Part shown: positions 59,655 through 64,000 of the stretch, piece after piece
How the letters are laid out: each line of letters starts with the position of its first letter
Numbering within the stretch: the first letter of the stretch is position 1
Assembly: GCA_963746845.1 (NCBI GenBank)
Contig: CAVVCZ010000006.1
Location: 352,001-416,000, forward strand
Reading direction: 5' to 3'
Length of the DNA stretch: 64,000 nt
Source of the DNA: an uncultured Chloroflexia bacterium
GTDB taxonomy: Bacteria; Chloroflexota; Limnocylindria; Limnocylindrales; CSP1-4
Program-made: the position numbers and the translations under genes
Notes under the pieces: generated by a model
Told to the model about the DNA's origin: nothing
The model's database searches: none
Seen by the model: only the letters and a program-made list of their open reading frames with translations

Positions 59655-60179
59655 TCAGGCGGTCGTCTTGGACTTGGGGTTCGGGATCGGCACCCGGAGC
59701 GCCGGCCCCCGCGCCACGAGCTCGGCGATGTCGTCCCGGGTGAACTCGGCGAGGATGTGCTGGCCGCCCTGCTGGGCGGTCTGGAACAGGCGGACGACGA
59801 ACGCCCCGTCCTGCTCGAAGAAGAACACGTCACGCGGCCGCTGCTCGTCCATGTACCGGCCGATCACGCGCAGCGCGGTCTCGTAGAACCCGGCGTCGCG
59901 GTGCGGCTCCGGTCCGGGCTTCCCGCGCCGGGCGACGGACTCCTCCATGAACCGCGAGATGTCGTCGTCGAGGAACGTGAGGGTCTCCTTGGCCTGGTGG
60001 CCGAGCGACTCGGACCAGGCCCCGCCGGCCTCGCCGCTCGTCACGACTCCCTGGACGATGAACCCGTCCGGCGCTTCGACGAGGAGGATCTCGCGCATGC
60101 CCCGCTGGTCGATGAAGGCCCCGATCGAGCGGAAGACCTCCTCGAAGTCCTGGCGCGGGCTTCCCTCGTAGATGCGCAT
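59655..60179 (-). CDS. Hypothetical protein with an internal domain duplication
   Basis: GGAGG RBS, GC3-rich codon usage, two similar halves. Confidence 0.8.
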   Translation of the reverse strand: MRIYEGSPRQDFEEVFRSIGAFIDQRGMREILLVEAPDGFIVQGVVTSGEAGGAWSESLGHQAKETLTFLDDDISRFMEESVARRGKPGPEPHRDAGFYETALRVIGRYMDEQRPRDVFFFEQDGAFVVRLFQTAQQGGQHILAEFTRDDIAELVARGPALRVPIPNPKSKTTA

Positions 60180-60239
60180 CGGGCCTCCCTCTGGGCCTGC
60201 CGGACGCCACGACGCGGCGTGGCTTGCAATCGCCGGTGG

Positions 60240-61208
60240 TCAGGAGCCGGTGGTCCGGTCGAGCAGGCCGCGATCCTTCGCCCGTCGGTCGCTCGCCCGG
60301 AAGACGGCCACTGCCGCGAGTGTAGCCACCGCCCCGCTCAGCAGCAAGGCGAGGACGATCGTCACGGGGTCCGGCGCGGGGCTCCCGGTGAGCTGGGTGT
60401 AGAGCGATCCGGGGCCACCGATCGACGAGACGCCGCCGGGGAACAGGGCGTGCCTGACGCCCTCGATCCACCACGTCAGCGGGGTGATCAGCCCGATCGC
60501 CTGCACGGCGCTCGGCAGGACCGCCAGCGGGAAGACCACGCCGGACACCAGGAACAGGGCGCCGGCGGCGGCCTCCGGATACGACCACGACTCCTGCCGG
60601 GTCTGCAGGCAGATCGCCGCGAGGAGCAGCCCGATCGCGAGAATCGAGGTGACACCGATCACCATGACCGCGGCCAGCAGCGTCCAGTGGACCCGTGCGA
60701 TGTCGAACGGCACGCCGAGCACGGCGACGCCAACGACGAGCGTGATCGCGGCCCCCATCGCGCCAACGCCGATCCGGGCGACGCCGCGGCCGAAGACCAC
60801 CGCGAGGAACTCGCTCGGGCTGACGTAGAGGTACTTCAGCATCCGGTAGCGCTCGCGGTCGTCGAGGATCATCCAGGCGAGGCCGCTGACCCCGGACAGG
60901 ACGAACGACCAGAGCGCGCTGCCCACGACCACGAACGCGCGGTACTCCGGCTTCGAGCCGCCGCTGATGACGTCGAGCATGACGACGAGGATCAGGGCCG
61001 AGGCGAGCGGCTTCGCGACGGAGTAGATGAAGAACAGGATCGGGTCGGTCCAGTTCGCCTCCATCTGCCAGCCGAGGCGCGTCGCGGTCGCGAAGCTCCG
61101 CCGCACGTCGATCCAGCCGCGACCGCGCGTTCTCGCCGGGTCGAACCCGCCCCAGGCCGGGGAGGCCAGACCGGGCGCGTCGGCGCGGATCGCGGGATCG
61201 GCGGTCAT
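60240..61208 (-). CDS. ABC-2 type exporter permease
   Basis: Six TMs, VSGVVFPLAVLP, PLTWWIEGVR. Confidence 0.88.
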   Translation of the reverse strand: MTADPAIRADAPGLASPAWGGFDPARTRGRGWIDVRRSFATATRLGWQMEANWTDPILFFIYSVAKPLASALILVVMLDVISGGSKPEYRAFVVVGSALWSFVLSGVSGLAWMILDDRERYRMLKYLYVSPSEFLAVVFGRGVARIGVGAMGAAITLVVGVAVLGVPFDIARVHWTLLAAVMVIGVTSILAIGLLLAAICLQTRQESWSYPEAAAGALFLVSGVVFPLAVLPSAVQAIGLITPLTWWIEGVRHALFPGGVSSIGGPGSLYTQLTGSPAPDPVTIVLALLLSGAVATLAAVAVFRASDRRAKDRGLLDRTTGS

Positions 61209-62116
61209 TGCCAGCGCACCGAGAGCCGCCCTTCCTGGCGGGCCCGTCGCTCGAGCGTCACGAGCGCCCACCGGGCGACCGCGAGGAAGACGACGACCAT
61301 CGCGGCGAGGATCAGGGCCTCGATGCCGGGCGGGGGTGTCCCGGTCGGGTAGGCCGAGCCGGCGAACGCGAGCTGGCGCATCGCGTCCAGCCCGACCGCG
61401 AGCGGGATGATGCTGATGGCCAGGGAGCCCAGCACGCCCAGCCGCGCGATCGGGAAGTTCAGCCCCGACACGAAGTAGACCGGCTCCACGAGCAGCTGGG
61501 TCAGATGCCACGCCTCGCGGCCCCACATCAGGAACAGGCTGGCGAGGACCATCCCGAGTCCGTACAGCGCCGCGAGAGTCAACAGGAACACGGCGAACAG
61601 CAGGGCCCACTGGTCGACCGAGAAGGTCACGCCGAACACGGTGGTCGCGATGATCAGGACGGCGGCCGCGCGGGTGGAGCTCATCACGAACCCGCCGAAG
61701 GCCATCCCGAACAGGACGGCCATGATGTTCATCGGCGCGGCGAAGTAGAGCTCGAGGTTGCCCTGGCTCTTCTCCCACCAGAGCTGCTGGGCCATCATCC
61801 AGATCACGTTCAGCCAGAACGCGGTCATCGCCCCGCCGAGGACGACGAAGCCGATGTACTGGGGTGGCGCCTGCAGCGCCCGGTAGACGAAGACGAACGC
61901 CGCGGTCGACAGAAACGGCAGCAGGATCTCGAAGAAGACCCAGCTCTTCTCCCGGGCCAGGCCCGTGATCCGCGGATAGGCCCGGCCGTGGATCGTCCGC
62001 AGGTTCGTCAGCCAGATCTGGCGGCGCGTCCACTCGGCGGCTGCCTGCGGGCTGGCGGTGGGCCGGTAGACGAACGCCGATCGCGGCGGGAGCGACCCGG
62101 CCTCGCCAGCGCTCAC
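61205..62116 (-). CDS. ABC-2 type exporter permease
   Basis: WEKSQGNLE, VSGLNFPI, PLAVGLDAMR. Confidence 0.88.
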   Translation of the reverse strand: MSAGEAGSLPPRSAFVYRPTASPQAAAEWTRRQIWLTNLRTIHGRAYPRITGLAREKSWVFFEILLPFLSTAAFVFVYRALQAPPQYIGFVVLGGAMTAFWLNVIWMMAQQLWWEKSQGNLELYFAAPMNIMAVLFGMAFGGFVMSSTRAAAVLIIATTVFGVTFSVDQWALLFAVFLLTLAALYGLGMVLASLFLMWGREAWHLTQLLVEPVYFVSGLNFPIARLGVLGSLAISIIPLAVGLDAMRQLAFAGSAYPTGTPPPGIEALILAAMVVVFLAVARWALVTLERRARQEGRLSVRWQ

Positions 62117-63249
62117 GCGACCTCCTCCGCCTCACGCTCGTGCGAGTCGTCCGTCCCGCGGCTCCCGGCGTCGGCCTCGCCGGGCTCGTTCGGGATCCGC
62201 TCGTCGTCGCCCGCCTCGTCGGCATCGTGGAAGCCGCGTCCGACGAGCTCGACGAAGACATCCTCGAGCGAGGGCTCGGATTTTCGGAGCGCGAGGATGT
62301 GGGAGCCGAGCCCGCCCAGCGCGCCGACGACCCCGCCGAGGGCACCGTCGTCCTCCAGGGCGAGGTTGACCTCGACGGTCCGGCGGTCGGCCTTGCCGTC
62401 GGCCCGGTCGCCGGCGGCCAGAGCGGCGCTGACGACGCCCGGCAGCCGGCGGAGCGCGCCGGCCCCGCCGTCGAGCCGGTCGAGCTCGAGGCGGAACACG
62501 CTCTCGCGCTGGACGCGCCGCTTCAGCTCGTCGGGCGTGCCGAGGGCGAGGATCCGGCCGTGGTCGACGATCGCGATCCGCTCGCACAGCTCGTCGGCCT
62601 CGGCCATGTAGTGGGTGGTGAGGAGGACCGTCCGGCCGGGCACGGCCGCCTTCCAGGCGAGGACCAGCTCTCGGACCGACCGGGCGGCCGACACGTCCAG
62701 ACCGAGGGTCGGCTCGTCGAGGAAGAAGATCCACGGGTCGTTGAGGAGGCCGCGGGCGAAGTTCATCCGCTGGCGCTGGCCGGTCGACAGGGTGCTGACG
62801 CGCTGGAGCGCCTGCTCCTCCATCCCGACGGCCTCGATCAGCTCGTCCACGCGCTTCCAGCCGTCGCGGGACGGCAGGCCGTAGAACTGGCTGAACATCC
62901 AGAGCTGCTCGCGGACGGTGAGGATCCCGTAGCCCGATTGCTCGCCGCCGGCGACCATGTTCATGATCCGGCGGATCTGCCTGGTCTGGCGGGAGACGTC
63001 GAAGCCGAAGATCCGGGCACTCCCCTCGGACGGGAGGAGGAGCGTCGTGAGGATCTTGATCAGCGTCGTCTTGCCCGCACCGTTCGGCCCGAGCAGGCCG
63101 AAGAACTCGCCCGGCTCGACCTGGAGGTCGACCCCATCGAGGGCGACGACGGGCTTCGGCTTGACGTTGTAGACGCGTCGGATTCCGCGGACGTCGATGG
63201 CGAGCGGTGGCCGGGCGTCGGGCTCGGAAGCGGGTTGGACGGGGGACAC
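62113..63249 (-). CDS. ABC exporter ATP-binding protein (DrrA-like)
   Basis: GPNGAGKTT, LSTGQRQR, LDEPTLGLD, TTHYM, PSLEDVF. Start approximate. Confidence 0.92.
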   Translation of the reverse strand: MSPVQPASEPDARPPLAIDVRGIRRVYNVKPKPVVALDGVDLQVEPGEFFGLLGPNGAGKTTLIKILTTLLLPSEGSARIFGFDVSRQTRQIRRIMNMVAGGEQSGYGILTVREQLWMFSQFYGLPSRDGWKRVDELIEAVGMEEQALQRVSTLSTGQRQRMNFARGLLNDPWIFFLDEPTLGLDVSAARSVRELVLAWKAAVPGRTVLLTTHYMAEADELCERIAIVDHGRILALGTPDELKRRVQRESVFRLELDRLDGGAGALRRLPGVVSAALAAGDRADGKADRRTVEVNLALEDDGALGGVVGALGGLGSHILALRKSEPSLEDVFVELVGRGFHDADEAGDDERIPNEPGEADAGSRGTDDSHEREAEEVA

Positions 63250-63492
63250 GGGACACCCCGGGCGGTCATCTGGAGGGATCGGGAGTGTACCCCTCGACCG
63301 GGGGTTTGAGAAGGGCGCCGTCGTCCACGTGTGAGATATCGATCGAACACGAGCGGGTCGGTTGTCGACGGATGTCGATGGCCGTTGGCCACGGAGCGCC
63401 GAGCCCGAAGCGGCCCCCGCGGTCGAGGATGGGACGCGGTCGACGACTCCCCACGTCGACCGTGAATCATCCGTTGAACCGAGGCCCGTCCG

Positions 63493-63654
63493 ATGAGCAA
63501 GAGCTTCTTCGCTGCGCCCGTGCTGACCCGCCACGCGGCGGCGATGCGCGCCCAGCACGCCACCCACCGCCACCCCGTGATTGGCTGCCCCGACTGTCTC
63601 GGGCAGTCGTCCGGCCGGGGCCTCTCGATCCGGTACGCGCCCGCCCGCGTCTAG
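63493..63654 (+). CDS. Putative 53-aa His/Cys metal-binding microprotein
   Basis: Own translation MSKSFFAAPVLTRHAAAMRAQHATHRHPVIGCPDCLGQSSGRGLSIRYAPARV. GAGG upstream and a terminator-like hairpin downstream. Confidence 0.5.
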   Translation: MSKSFFAAPVLTRHAAAMRAQHATHRHPVIGCPDCLGQSSGRGLSIRYAPARV

Positions 63655-63671
63655 CCGTTCCGGCAGTCGCC

Positions 63672-63704
63672 CGACGACCGCCACCAGGTGATCGGCGGTC
63701 GTTT
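63672..63704 (+). terminator. Terminator-like hairpin after the microprotein ORF
   Basis: GACGACCGCC-accaggtgatc-GGCGGTCGTTT. Confidence 0.45.
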
Positions 63705-64000
63705 GGCGTCGGGCTCCGGTCCGGGCGCTCGACACCGGCCGTTTCCGTCATCCGGCCTGCTGCCGGCCCTTCGTCACGGGATCGTCGTCAGCCGGCCGCC
63801 CCACGGCCCGCCGACAGGTTCCGGCCACTTCGGCGAGCGTGACCCGCACCTCGCCGCCAGCGGCGCGCTGACGAACGGCCTCGGTGAGGCCGGATGGCGA
63901 GAATCGCGAGTCCTCCTGGCGATCCGTCATACGACACCCAGGCGGTCGCAAGACGACTGAGTCGTGTCTTGCGATCAATGAGGCGGTCGGTTGTCAGATT

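Noticed and set aside
63748-63978. 76-aa minus-strand ORF near the window end
   Set aside because: No clear SD or recognisable motif; it cannot be supported from the sequence alone.

Overview
High-GC bacterial chromosomal segment with about 59 genes and no rRNA, tRNA, CRISPR array, transposase or prophage recognised. The gene style suggests a soil or freshwater Chloroflexota (Limnocylindria-like) or an actinobacterium; this is inference only. In order, the window holds: (1) the end of a coupled catabolic operon (FAD oxidoreductase, phosphotriesterase-family hydrolase, single-barrel MetE-like protein, Gfo/Idh/MocA oxidoreductase); (2) a bxl-like xylo-oligosaccharide locus with LacI, a clear sigma70 promoter and CGAA-N3-TTCG operators; (3) a ROK-controlled sugar/amino-sugar operon with deoC and nagA; (4) an 11-gene LacI-controlled catabolic operon of unknown substrate; (5) the most unusual block (40.4-50.1 kb), with two complementary incomplete PEP-utilizer/dikinase proteins, a divergent HPrK-like P-loop protein, a three-subunit molybdenum hydroxylase and a second MetE-like protein; (6) transaldolase and two ECF sigma/anti-sigma modules flanking pyrG and a nitroreductase; (7) a DMT transporter, small proteins, an ABC-2 exporter and an unannotated 53-aa His/CPxC microprotein. 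Several genes have single-base frameshifts that look like sequencing errors. All calls come from reading motifs by eye; no database searches were run.
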